DNA of 64,000 nucleotides from Microthyrium microscopicum (lineage: Eukaryota). Both the position numbers and the translations under genes were made by a program. The stretch lies in assembly GCA_010405405.1 (NCBI GenBank), contig MU004237.1, forward strand, positions 162,191 to 226,190. The letters are read 5' to 3'. The notes below the pieces were generated by a model. It made no database searches. It saw only the letters and a program-made list of their open reading frames with translations, and had not been told where the DNA came from. Each line of letters begins with the position of its first letter. The first letter of the stretch is position 1. Positions 38,378 to 50,449 of the stretch are shown in pieces.

Positions 38378-39308
38378 TCACTCCCGCTGTACCTGAGCAA
38401 TTGATTGATACCACCAGTTCCCAAGCATCGTATACCCCTCATCAGACGAATATATGCGATCCCTCAGCATCTCCATCGGAAACCCTGTGAAGTCAACAGC
38501 AAGTACACGACTACCTGCTCTCCTCCGCTTCTCGACAATACCATAGTGACTGGTATCGCACCGTGCGTGGCTGTTGAGAAGGATCGCAGGTCCTTATGAT
38601 CATGGCCACGAGAATCATAGCATTAGGACAAATGCTGATCATCTGGTCAATGAGATGTCCCAGTCGCTCAGCTGCCTCCAAGGGATCGCTGCCTTCTGTT
38701 GCTATGGAGAGGTCGAGATTCCTGTCGTTTGTGCTGGCGTGGACCAAAATGATGACGGGGCATTTCTGAAGCGAGGACAGCAAGTGGTTGGAGATATATT
38801 GTATTGTTTTATCGACCCAAGCAGCCTAGTCCAGCGGTTAGCCAAGTCCAAAAGCAAGTGTCGGCTTCCGGAAGACGTACGAAATTACTGCCACTGGAAA
38901 CTGCTAACAGATTTTAGCATAGAGCCGATTTCTGATATTGGTTCACTCACTAGCATTGTGTTCCGTACCCACGAAAATCACCGCGTCTTCTGAATCTCTT
39001 GTCAGTGAGGAAAGCAGACTGCGGTTGAGCACTTACTTGAGAGATCACTCTTGAGCTGTGCTCTATGACCGTCCAGGTCGCCGCTCAGGAATCCTACCGT
39101 GATCGAATCACCGACTCCGAGGATTCGCAGCTTTGTGCAGATTTTGATGGCTTGGCGGCTGGAACATATATAGGTCTTAATACATGATCTGCTAGCCCAT
39201 AGGATACTTGACTCTAGTAGTTCAGAGACTGCCCCGAAGCGGTCGGAAGCAAGCGCCAATAGTGCCAATGGCTATGAGCCAGTTGACTAGCCCTTTTGAC
39301 AATGTCAT
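38378..39308 (-). pseudogene. SGNH/GDSL esterase (CE3-like) pseudogene
   Basis: Block I LRILGVGDSITVG is intact. Block III reads HASTND instead of GTND. A frameshift lies near 38540. Block V reads LRDRIYSSDEGY instead of D.IHP...GY. The upstream ATG (39308) is out of frame with the downstream coding sequence. Confidence 0.7.
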
Positions 39309-39633
39309 GGCATAGTATCTTTGATCTACTTATGTTGCTTCAACCTGTTACTTTTCGCAGGTTGGCACCGCTGTCTTTCATAACGATTAATCAATCTCTA
39401 AACCAACAAATTCGTACACATATCCAAAAACAAATGTCTCAAGACTAATTGTGTAGTACAAAAATCCTACTGACTTGAGAAATCTACCTAAGCCAGTCGC
39501 ATAGGTCAAGGGAGATATATGGTGCAAAGATCGCTTTCTGGAGTTGGACCAGCCGTATCTTGAGGATATCATGCTGAAAACACCAATGAACTGAGAAAGA
39601 GTAGTTCTGGAGAGCATCTCCGGATAAAAGTTC

Positions 39634-40605
39634 TTACTCCCAATCTTCCGCATCCTCCCAGTGAGCATCCTCCTCCCATACATCCCCTTCACCCTCTATC
39701 GAATCCATCAAAGCCCCAACGGTTCGCCAACATTCTTCCTTCCGAAACGCATCGGGCCAGCCATGCTTCCGATAAACTTGTCGAAGATACTGGATGTCCA
39801 AGTCAGTACCAAAATGCCTGTGCTCATTACGGCTTTGAGTGCGCCACTGCTCCTCGGTGATGATCTCATCTACTTCATCAACACGGTCCGTCTCAAGCAT
39901 CTCCCTTCCCGGGCAGTAAAGAAGTCGTAGACTGCGAAAGTCCTCCGCCAAACGACTTAAGAATTGGCTTACATCCACAGGATCGATTATCTGAGCCCGT
40001 ATCATATCTTCGATGATAGTCCCGTTTTTGACGTCCAGGGTAAATTCACGACCATACGATTCAAAGCCTGCGGCAAAACAGAATGCATGCGCTGGATCAA
40101 CTGTGTCGTCGCCATCATAGAATTCAGCTCTCCAGTCGTGGTCGTTATGTCTTGATACAAAGTATTCATGAGATTTCGACGAAAAGTCTATGAGTTTTGA
40201 CTTGTAGTGGATGTTCTTTGAACTGTGGAAATATGGCAAATGTCGCACAACGTCCATGGCTTCTGGCGATTTGAAATTGGCGAGGAATTCATCCGTCATG
40301 TGCGGCCAGCCGCCCGGTGGAGCCAGTCTGAGTTCCGAAGACTCAAAATGCAGTGTTGTGAGTACTTGGTAGAATTCCTCGAACATGGTGGCAAGCTCTT
40401 GAGTTGAGTAGGGGAAATCTTCCGAGTCTGATTCATAGTCGTCCTCCGAGTCTGATTGAGAATTAGCGATTGACGTCGCAGAGGTGGATTGAGATTCCAT
40501 CATTGTCGCAGAAGTGGACTGAGAATCCGAAATTGTCACGAAAGTGGCTTGGGAATCTTCGAGCATCTCTGAGTCCATGGACGAGCTATTATGATGGGCG
40601 GCCAT
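39634..40605 (-). CDS. Uncharacterised acidic fungal protein (PP.GGWP...RHLPY family); about 323 aa, intronless
   Basis: Long ORF containing FYQVLTTLH...APPGGWP...VVRHLPYF...REFTLDVKNGTI...FLSRLAEDFRSL...LRQVYRKHGWP. The N-terminus has 30-bp S/T/Q repeats. Confidence 0.75.
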   Translation of the reverse strand: MAAHHNSSSMDSEMLEDSQATFVTISDSQSTSATMMESQSTSATSIANSQSDSEDDYESDSEDFPYSTQELATMFEEFYQVLTTLHFESSELRLAPPGGWPHMTDEFLANFKSPEAMDVVRHLPYFHSSKNIHYKSKLIDFSSKSHEYFVSRHNDHDWRAEFYDGDDTVDPAHAFCFAAGFESYGREFTLDVKNGTIIEDMIRAQIIDPVDVSQFLSRLAEDFRSLRLLYCPGREMLETDRVDEVDEIITEEQWRTQSRNEHRHFGTDLDIQYLRQVYRKHGWPDAFRKEECWRTVGALMDSIEGEGDVWEEDAHWEDAEDWE

Positions 40606-41365
40606 GGCTGAGGATGTTCCCAAGTATGCTTGCTGGCACAGGCAGAACTCAAGGCTTTGAAAATATGATGATAGCTATCAGAGGCTGATCGGTAGCGGCA
40701 CTTATATGAGACTTGTCCGGGGTTAGAACGCCCAGAACTAGGACGCCTCCAACGTGGTGGTATAGGATCAACCATATGGTGTTGGAAGGAGGATTTATAG
40801 AACGTAGGATAACTTGGATCCTGATTCCTACAAATGCTTGACGGCGATCTCAGGGCTTGTGCGTCGACTTCTCCAGCCATACGCAATGATTTCTCTATAT
40901 TGTTGATCCTACCAATCTACACTTTTGTGAGCAGGTGGCTAAGCATTTAGCCAAGTCCTTAACCGTTGGACAAAATTCGATGGGAACACGCCACTTATTT
41001 TGTCAACCGGTTGGTCCTTTTTATCATATCATCAAGTGGCAAAGTTAAATGTTTCCACGAGCATCGAGAGAAACTCTTTGAGTCAAGCATTCGCAGTAGC
41101 TGAATATTCTCTCGCTATTCAATGACCATAACTCCTACGCCTCGTCTCATATTGCATTGGGAGTCCGCGGCGCACCCTCCAATCATTTCTTGTGGCCTTG
41201 CATATGCAACGCTGCAGGTTGTCATTAACACAGTTAGACAAACGTCACTGCAAGATTTCTTGTGATTTCCAACTAGTAAACTCATCTGAAGAGGTGACAA
41301 GGCCAAAATCACCAATCTCTTGTGTTCTGTAGATGCAATATTATACAGCTTGAAAAGCTCACAGA

Positions 41366-43535
41366 ATGAACAGCTTGCTGGAGCCGTACACTTACTCGCC
41401 TTTACCATCCAATCATATTCGGGTTTTACGCACTGTCAGGTCGACGACCCAAGATCAACAGCTAGTATGGTCTCTTCAACTTCTTTCTCTCGACGATGGT
41501 GCTGAGGATTCTGAACTTGCTTTCGAAGCTCTCTCGTATACATGGGGCAGCTTATCGACCACTTTTCCGCTGATTTGTGATGGTCGAGAACTCCGCATAC
41601 ATCACAATCTCCACAAGGCATTGCCATACCTGGCAAATCGACAGTCTATTCTACCACTTTGGATCGATGCCGTAAGTATCAACCAGTCGGATGAGGACGA
41701 GAAAATGGTACAGATTCGCCTTATGTGTGACATCTATAAGAGGGCTTCATGCGTATGGGTATGGCTCGATATCACTCAGGAATTGGGTATAAGCGAGGCC
41801 ATGGCGAAGATTGTACCACATACGAAACAATGTGGAGAACGCTTGAGAGCCTTAGGAGAAGCTGAAACTTTGTCCACACAGGAGCTTGGACTGCCTCCAC
41901 TGGATTCACCTAGTTGGATTGTGTATGAGCAAATCATCAACAACCCATGGTTCTTACGCTTATGGATCGTACAGGAAGTGGCACTCGCTCGGAAAGTAAA
42001 GGTCATACTGAGGCAGTACGAATTCGACTGGGCTCAACTGTGGCTTATGGTGGACTATGCACACAATCTGAGATGGATAAAGAATGCGAGACAACACATA
42101 CCTGCAATACTTGAAGGGTTCCATGACAAGAACGAGCGGGTATTCTACTGTCGTGACAGGTATCAAAGCCAATCTGGAAGCCAAGACACGAATTCGGATC
42201 AGATCCGTAGCAAAGTGTTGGCCATTTGCTGTCTCACTGAAGAACATGGTTGCTCAAGTCCACGAGATCGAGTTCTGGGACTTGTTGGACTTCTCGGAAC
42301 ACAAGCAGCTGGCCTGGATTTTCTGTCAAGCCGGTCTTTACCTGAGCTCTACTCTGAGTTCTTTCATTTCCTTCTTCACGACTGCGAGCACAATCCGACT
42401 GCCCGCTGGTCCCTGATAAGTGGAGGTGTAAGCCCGCAGAAAAATGCGGACCTCCCATCGTGGTGTTTAGATCTGAGCCGTGTAAGCAATACAAGAGCCA
42501 ACAACAGCATCGTCGCCAGGGCGAAGGATCATATGGTGAGCAAGAAGAAGCAGCAAAGCAGACGAGGCGCGCACTTTCGCGAGCTTATCCTCAAAGGCAT
42601 AATCCTTGACACAGTGGATACGGTCGGAGACGAGTTCGACATTGAAGGTTCAACACCCCAAGCTGCAGTTCTCTCGGGTTTTTCCAAAGTGCATCGACTA
42701 ATGCAGGTTGTAAGCGAGTTCGTCTCCACGATTTGTGAGAGGATTGTAGAACCTTATCAGGACGAAAAGGTCAAACCTTCCGTGGCTCACCCAGCGCCTA
42801 CAATGGAAAACTTTTGGAAAACGATCCTTGGTATTGCCACCAAAACTAACAAAGGTTACGAGTTTGCCTACCAAGATTTCTTGGATTTACAGGTAGCTCT
42901 TGCTGCAATTACAACAGCTTTTGACGAAATTGGCTACGATCGGTCAGTGCTCATCTTTTCGGTCGCCCATTTTATTATTTCCCATCACTTCACAGGCATC
43001 AATCGAGCTTCTCAGATTACTCAAGTTCTGCGTTTACAGCGCATGTCGTTGACCTCGACTTTTTCTAACGCAAATTTAATTACCTATTGGCAGATCCATA
43101 ATCATAACTCCCAACGGCACCTTAGCAGATCTTACTGACAACATTGGTAGCATTCTTGAGCAGTTCGAAGCTACAGACGAGCAACCGGCCATAGGGTCAC
43201 TGACGGAAGCCGAGTCTGAACAAATCAGCAAGGCCTTCCATTTGTATAACGCTAAACAGTCCATCGGGCTTTTGTACCCTGTCCTGATCAACGTACAAAA
43301 AGGTCGCCGGCTATTCATCACAAAATCCAACAGATTTGGATTTCTCTGGGGGGATGTCAAGCCTGGAGATTCGATAGCGCTGTTCAATGGCGCACCCGTA
43401 CCATATTTAATCAGAAAACGGGAAGACGACAAAGAATCGACCTGGCAATTGGTGGGAGAGGCTTGGCTTCACGGTCTCATGGACGCAGAAGCTGATGAAT
43501 TGGGACTTGATAGCCATGATATTGTCCTTATCTAA
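41366..43535 (+). CDS. HET-domain (het-6-like) heterokaryon incompatibility protein, 3 exons
   Basis: FEALSYTWG, LWIDAVSINQSDEDEK..QI.LM.DIYKRA..V.VWL, PWFLRLWIVQEV, PRDRVLGL, LPSW and C-terminal RRLFITKS...GD.I.LF.GAPVPYL.R...WQLVGEAWLHGLMD. Introns at 42943-42995 (GT-AG) and 43041-43093 (GC-AG). Confidence 0.9.
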
Positions 43536-44173
43536 TCATAGACACCAGAAACACTAATGGATTATCGAATGTCAAAAGAATTCTCGGATAAGGGGCAAGG
43601 CTGAATTTCTCCAGCTCTGATTGGCTGTTGCTATAATAAGGCTGACGAATAGTGGCCGGACCGCCCAACTGCATAGCATAACAATAACAGTCGAATCCCC
43701 AGTAAACTAGAGCATTTAAAGACTCCAAAGCCAAAATCCTTGACTAACCTTGAGTCCTTCTAGCTTTCCAGCTTTTAACTTGCATGCAATATGCGGGGAA
43801 CATAACCGGACAAATATAGGGCTTTTTGGCCTCAGTGCTCTTGTGCTCGTACATGATATCGAACCCAAGTCCAGAGCGGGCGAACCAAAACTCGGCCGCA
43901 AATAAATCAAACAGTCCCAGCTACCCTAGCTTCTAAAGGGCCTGTCAGAGATAGGGGCCAATAGGATATACTTTTTGTCAATACGGTGGGAAGGTCTGCT
44001 CGTAAGTAATGCTATCGATGCCTTATTTGAATTTATATTTGCTCGAACTTCAATCGAAAGATTTTGGATCCTTATCTTATCCTTTGGCAGATCTGAATAT
44101 TAGCATAGCTCGTTTCCATATACAATGTAAATTCGATGTTCTTGTTCTTGTTCTTGTGCAACTTTCGCTCATC

Positions 44174-45674
44174 ATGACTTTGACATCGCTGTTTCTAGCT
44201 CTTACTGCCGCGTTAGATATCGTCAATGCTTTCAGTGTGCCAACAATCCTACGCGACCCTGAAGCTCACAAACGGGCACTCACCAACGCGCTCACTAGCA
44301 ATGGATATCTTACATTAGTCAAACGAGACAAAAGTCCGCCGCCAAAGTGGAACTTTGCCAATTCGACAACAGAAGATGCCAAAGCCGATGGTTCCGAGGG
44401 TATAATAATCGAACCGGATTTAATAGAAGGCGCGCCAGGAAAAGATGGTGGACTTGTCAAGAAGATCAAGTTCGGCCCATATGTTGGCACACCAATCATT
44501 CTCTCGATGTTAAGTTGCTAATCGAACCAGACGGTTCCCGCAGGTGCGAAACGGGAATTCCCCATCGGCGCATTCGGACTCACGCCTATTGAGCCTGGAA
44601 GGCCATTACCTTGTACCCAATGCTACATCACAGCTATGCAATTAAACATGGAGTATGAAGATGGGAAAATCGCAAATGCCGACACTGGCGCATGGTCAGT
44701 AGCTTGTGGCGCGCCGAGAATCCAAGCTGACTTAGTCAATAAGGCTTCATCATGTGGATATATCAGTCACTGGAGAAGATTACACATGTCCATCTACGAT
44801 TCTGGGGACAATCATCAATTTTGGCGACCCTTCGATGTGGGGGGCTCGAATTTATGCTGGAGGTAATGAAAGAGTGCCAGTTCGATTGAACACTAACAAG
44901 AAGTATGGTAAGATTTTAACTTTCCGCTTCTGATACAATCTCTTTATTGATGGAATCAGGTATTGATCCTGGAACGGGCACTATGGGAGGTGCTGTAGAA
45001 ATCATGAACCAAGCAGTCAAACCTATCAAGGTTTATGTAACTATGCTTTTCGAATTCGTGCCTAAAGGTACTGCTGGGTACAAAGAAGGTAGGCCAATAT
45101 CCCACCAAATATCACTTAGATCACGAAGAAGGTTTCAGTCGCATATGAATACGCATTTTTACTGACTTTTCCAAGCTCGTCTGGTATGGGTCGATGTCAC
45201 CAACTGCGCGAAAGAAAGCGACTTCAAACCTTCCAACGGTGTTTACAACAAGCAGAGCAAGTCTTTTGCCATGAAACACGACGGAGAACTTATCTTCGCA
45301 AATGGACATCAGCATGATGGTGGAGTGAAAGTCGAACTACTGGTCAACGGAAAACTGTCCTGCACGTCGAAGCAACTATATGCAAATCGCCGTGGACATT
45401 ACATCGAGCCAACCGATGGCACAGTCCAGAAAGACTTGGTCATGCCACCCAATAGTCACATTAGGTATGTGTTTCTAGCCTGCTCTTAGTGACCTACTAC
45501 TCACCGCAACGAAGTGATGTCGGCGTTTGTAAGGATTGGGGGACTGTAAAGAAAGGCGATGTGCTTTCTGTAAAGGCGTATTTCGATGGAGACGCGCATA
45601 TGCAAATGATGAACGGATGGGGCGTACTAGAGGCTCAGATGGGGATCATGTGGACCTTCGTAGGCTTGACTTGA
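44174..45674 (+). CDS. Secreted protein with copper monooxygenase (PHM/DBH-type)-like His/Met motifs, multi-exon
   Basis: Signal peptide MTLTSLFLALTAALDIVNA and KR dibasic sites. Motifs PCTQCYITAM, GAW-LHHV, AGGNER, NGHQHDGG, HI-SDVGVC and AQMGIMW. Confidence 0.75.
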
Positions 45675-47637
45675 TAATAACCGTAACAGGTAGATTGAGT
45701 AATGAATGTATCTATTTTAGATTCATATTTCATGTGTATTGGGCAGCAATGTTCAAGAAAAGCAACCAGCCAATGTATAGTAAGGTATCAATCCCTCTTA
45801 CTCCCTGGCAGTTTGGTACCTTGCTGGCGTGATGAACTATCTCGCTTAGCGTTCATGAACTGACCGACAAGATCATCGACGTGCCCCAATCGGCTTCATG
45901 GCTCCACCAAGGCATTTGAGAAAAGGTTGTTGTAACTTTCATCGCATTTGCGGTAAAGAGCGTCATCATCATGTTCAGCGTATACCACTGGCTCACTGGC
46001 TGATCTTGTGAACTCGTATGCGGCTTTACAAATCGCCATGTATGCAAGTACCAACCCGCTTTCTGGCGAAAGAGATTCGAGGATCGACACTGTAGCGCTA
46101 TAGACTTATGCATCTCTTTTCTCCTGACGAGACTACTGACAACAAAGATCTTAGGCGTCAAGATACCGCCTCTTCGGTACAACCGCTCAAATTCACTTGA
46201 AGGTAGGTTAGAGCATCAGTTTTTGTGGTTGGCATTGTCTGAATGCTCTCGGGTTACAAGACGTATGATCTTTAAATTAGGTCACCATATAGGGCGACAG
46301 GAAGAAGACTTTGGTCACATGTCTTAGCCAAGTTCTATAAAAACGAAATCTTGACTTGGATAGGCCTACACAAAATATTCTGGCATACGATGCATCTCTT
46401 TTGATTTGATGGATATATCTGGTAGAATGAAGTTTCCTCGGAACCTGTACTACCTGTACATGGGATTTCAGAATTCCATAGTTCTAAGACATGAAAATGC
46501 ATCGATCGCGTATGGTATTCAAGAGCTCAACTTGAGAAGTCTGGCGGTGAAGGAGCTAAAGTTACCTACATAAGCGCTATGCCAATCGATTTACGACACA
46601 TGAGATTCATCTTCGTCCAATGAATTTTCAGGAGGAGGTCTTGCGGGCTAATAGTGGAGTTGCACAGCAGGATGTGCCTGGGCCCCTATCTTACGACGTT
46701 CTTTGTTCTATACGGCACTCTCTACAAATTGCTGAGATGGTGCTCAACGGCATGGCAAAATAAATGGCGTACTCCCATCAACTCTGATGGTGCCCAGATG
46801 CTATGATCTGCTATCGAGTGCTTTGTTTGCCATAAAGAGCGTTCCAAATTAGGAGTATTAGTTAGAAACGATGGGAATTGAAGCACCTTTTGGTTAGCAG
46901 CGCTGGTGGTAGCTATCAGAGTTGATAGGAGTACGCCATTTATTTTGCCATGCCGTTGGAGGCTGTCGTCTTGAAGAAGTTTTCTCCGATTCTCATTATG
47001 CAAGAACCACTGCGTTGGCAGACGAGCATCCGATGAAAGCAAATTCTTTCAAGACAGGCAAGACAGGCTTGTGGTCTACCGAAGCGCAGCTCCGGAGCTA
47101 AGGATTTTTGCGATCGCGAAGAATGCGTGAGATATCGTAGAAAGGAACTTTCTGCCGTAAACCCCAATTCTGAGATGTTTTCTTTTTGCGATGAAATAGA
47201 CAACCTCACATGTTCGGCTTGCTCCTTTAAAGAACAAGATATATGGACATAGCTAAGGCAGAAGCGCCAGTAGCTATCAGCATGGGAAAGTTGCTCATCA
47301 TGGCCAAGTCTCACTCCACAAGTTGACTTTACAGACTAAGAGCCACCAGATGCCAGGCAAGCCATAACTGAACGCCATTCGTTTCACTGCATAGCCGAAG
47401 GCTGATCATTGGTCTTTAGTTGTCGATCGTTTGTAAAGCTTGGAACTAATCTTAGGATCGATCTCTAAAACCAAAGTATCGAGATAATGTTCAGCTTCCG
47501 GCATATAAGAAGGCCTTCCACTGCGGTAGATCTCCGATTTGTTCAACTCATTCAATCCAGATCCTTCCTTATAAACACTTCTTTCCTAAGCAACTCCATC
47601 GGACAGAAAAGCTGACTTTCGTCTTCAGCAAGACAGC

Positions 47638-48413
47638 ATGCGATCCTCCACTGTACTCATTGGCCTTGCAAATCTATTCACGGCCACTGCCTACATCTTC
47701 AATCAGAAACTCACTGATAAGGTATGTTGCCGTTCTAACACCTGCCTCTATGGTTCCATCTTCTCAACCGTATCAGTACGATGATCTAGGTCCAGTTCTC
47801 GGCACTGGGATCCAACCGCCAGCCCTGACATCCGACGGCGGTATCGCCTACAATACATTCGGCTACGTTACCTTGGGCCTCGTCGGTGGCGTTGTACCCG
47901 AAGTCTTAGGAATCAAACCTGTATCAGGCTCCAACGTCGCGATTTTGCAAATGCCAGCACAAGGCGCCATGGCCACCACGGGCCGTTGCTTCAAGGTACG
48001 CATGCTATGGGAGCCATCGAGTGCTACATGAGCCAGGAAATCCGGTAGATGCGATGGGCACCAATGCTGACGATATCCAGCTATCCGAGTTTTATGTCGG
48101 CTGCACAACCTTGAACTTTGAGGCTGCAGCGAATATCCCGCTCACCTGTTATATCAATCTGAAGGCCTACAACGCGCAAAACGTGGAGGTTGCCGACAAG
48201 ACTTTCCAGTTCACACCTGACAATCCCCTGTTATCGTCAATGCAAAAAATAGTGGCCAATCTACCAGCTGCCAAGTTGGTATACGTTAGTGCGTCTATCT
48301 TGAAGTCGGGAAGTGTTGGTTCGCAAGCTACGGTAGCTCTGCTCGACAATGTGTCATATACACAGTATGATGGAAGTACCGCGGGAGTTGAAGGCTGTGG
48401 ACCGGGCTTCTGA
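47638..48413 (+). CDS. Small secreted protein (effector-like), 3 exons
   Basis: MRSSTVLIGLANLFTATA signal peptide. Introns after DK (GTATGT...CAG) and after CFK (GTACGC...CTGAC...CAG) join the two ORF-track frames. Four Cys. An upstream TATAAG/TATAAA is present. Confidence 0.75.
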
Positions 48414-48768
48414 GCTGTAGCATTCCGAGGCAGGCGCTGGTCTCAAAATCAGTTGCTCCTAGGTGATTGATTGTCTGGTCAAGATTTTGTCGACTTTGCG
48501 TGATAATCCTCGTTGTTGCACCAGGAAAAAGATTTCGGTTCTGTCTTGAATTTTATGTAGTTGGAACATTTTAAAGCTAAGCTCGTTATGGTAAGGCAAC
48601 AATGGTCAAGGGATTTTGGTAGCTTTAATGTTGAATCTTATCTAATCATTATTTGATCAATCGCCGCAAACTCCAAATCTTGGCATTTTCCCCACTAGAA
48701 TTTATTGCATAACTTTTTTCTGAACCTTCCCCTACTGCATTCACTTGACTATCAGCAGCCTTGCCATC

Positions 48769-50449
48769 ATGAAAGTCGGCAGTGAGTTCATCGCTCCTAA
48801 TCTATATCCGAAAACTAATTTTTGACCCAGAACCCACATCCAAGCGCGTTCCAGTGCGATTACGCCACAAGATCGAGAAAGCTTCTGCTGCAAAGCAGCG
48901 CAAGGCTAGAAAACAGGCAAAAAACGTACGTTCAGATCGAATCAAGGTTTACATTGTGGTTGCTCAACACCAACACTAGGATCCGACATGGCGCACTCGG
49001 TTAAAGAAGGACCCGGGTATTCCCAACCTCTTTCCGTACAAGGAGAAGATACTACAAGAGATCGAAGAGAAGAAGAGACTGAAGGAAGAAGAAGCCGCAC
49101 AACGCAAGGAAGATATGAAAGCTGTCAAGAAGCAACCCGTCGAAGCCGATGCTATGGTAGAGGATGACGAGGAGCTGCTTGATGACATGGAGGAGGATGA
49201 TGACAATGACGTCCCAATGAAAGATTCTGTCAATCCAATGGCAGCTCTTCTCGCATCTGCCAAAGCACGAGCATCGGAATATGATGAAGAATTGGACGAT
49301 GATGCCATGGAAGAAGACGAAGAACAAGAGTGGAATGGCGTCAACGATGATGAACCAGCGCTGAAATCATCGTTAAAGAAAGACACTTCTCGAAAAGCCT
49401 TCGACAAGATTTTCAAGGAGGTTATCGACGCTGCAGATGTCATCTTATATGTGTTGGATGCAAGAGATCCCGAAGGAACACGATCAAAAGAGGTTGAGCG
49501 TTCAGTAATGAGCGCCAAAGAGGGATCAAAACGACTTATCCTCATACTCAACAAGATTGATCTTGTTCCACCACCAGTTGTGAAGGCTTGGACAACACAT
49601 CTCCGCCGTTACTTTCCCACTCTACCTCTCCGCGCTTCTAATGCTGCACCTAACGCAAAGACATTCGATCACAAACAACTGACGGTACAGGGAACTTCAC
49701 AGGCTCTGTTCAAGTCCCTCAAGTCCTACGCACAGTCAAAATCCCTCAAACGCGCCATATCAGTCGGCGTCATCGGCTACCCTAACGTTGGCAAATCTTC
49801 TGTCATTAACGCTCTCACATCACGACTAGGGGGTGGGCGCGGCACAGTCTGCCCAGTCGGTGCCGAAGCTGGTGTCACTACCAGCATGCGCGAAGTCAAA
49901 ATAGACAACAAGCTCAAATTACTTGATTGTCCCGGTATTGTCTTTCCATCAACAGTCGACTCTGTCAAACTTAGCAAAGCCGATCAGCAAGCCCGGCTCA
50001 TCCTCCTCAATGCCGTCCCACCCAAAGAAATCGACGATCCAATGCCTGCCGTCAAGCTCCTAATACAACGCCTCTCGGCATCACCTGGTCTTCTAGAAAA
50101 ACTGTACGAAGGCTATCAGATACCAGCACTCATGCGTACGCATGATGATGACTCCCTGACAGATCTTCTCGTTCAGGTCGCCCGCAAACGGGGTCGTCTA
50201 GGCAAAGGCGGCGTGCCCAACCTCTACAGCGCTGCGCAATGTATCCTCACCGACTGGCGCGATGGTCGAATTCAAGGTTGGCAAGATCCTCCACAGGCTA
50301 TCAGCGAGCCAGGCAAGTTGGCGGAGGCAGCTCCTGAGGGAGACTCGAAGGTTGTGGTCAGTGAGTGGGCAGCAGAGTTCTCCATTGACGGACTATGGGG
50401 CGCAAATGACAAAGATACGGAAGCGGATGCGGATACAGAAGCAGCATGA
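48769..50449 (+). CDS. NUG1: Nucleolar circularly permuted GTPase Nug1/GNL3, 3 exons
   Basis: MKVG-KPTSKRVPVRLRHKI, KKDPGIPNLFPYK, DVILYVLDARDP, LNKIDL, GYPNVGKSS, GVTT, DCPG and RGRLGKGGVP. Confidence 0.95.

Noticed and set aside
45829..45863. GTGATGA...CTGA resembling a C/D snoRNA
   Set aside because: Too short, with no terminal stem or identifiable rRNA guide.
45853..47314. Fragmented minus-strand ORFs
   Set aside because: Partly protein-like, but no family or coherent gene model could be established.
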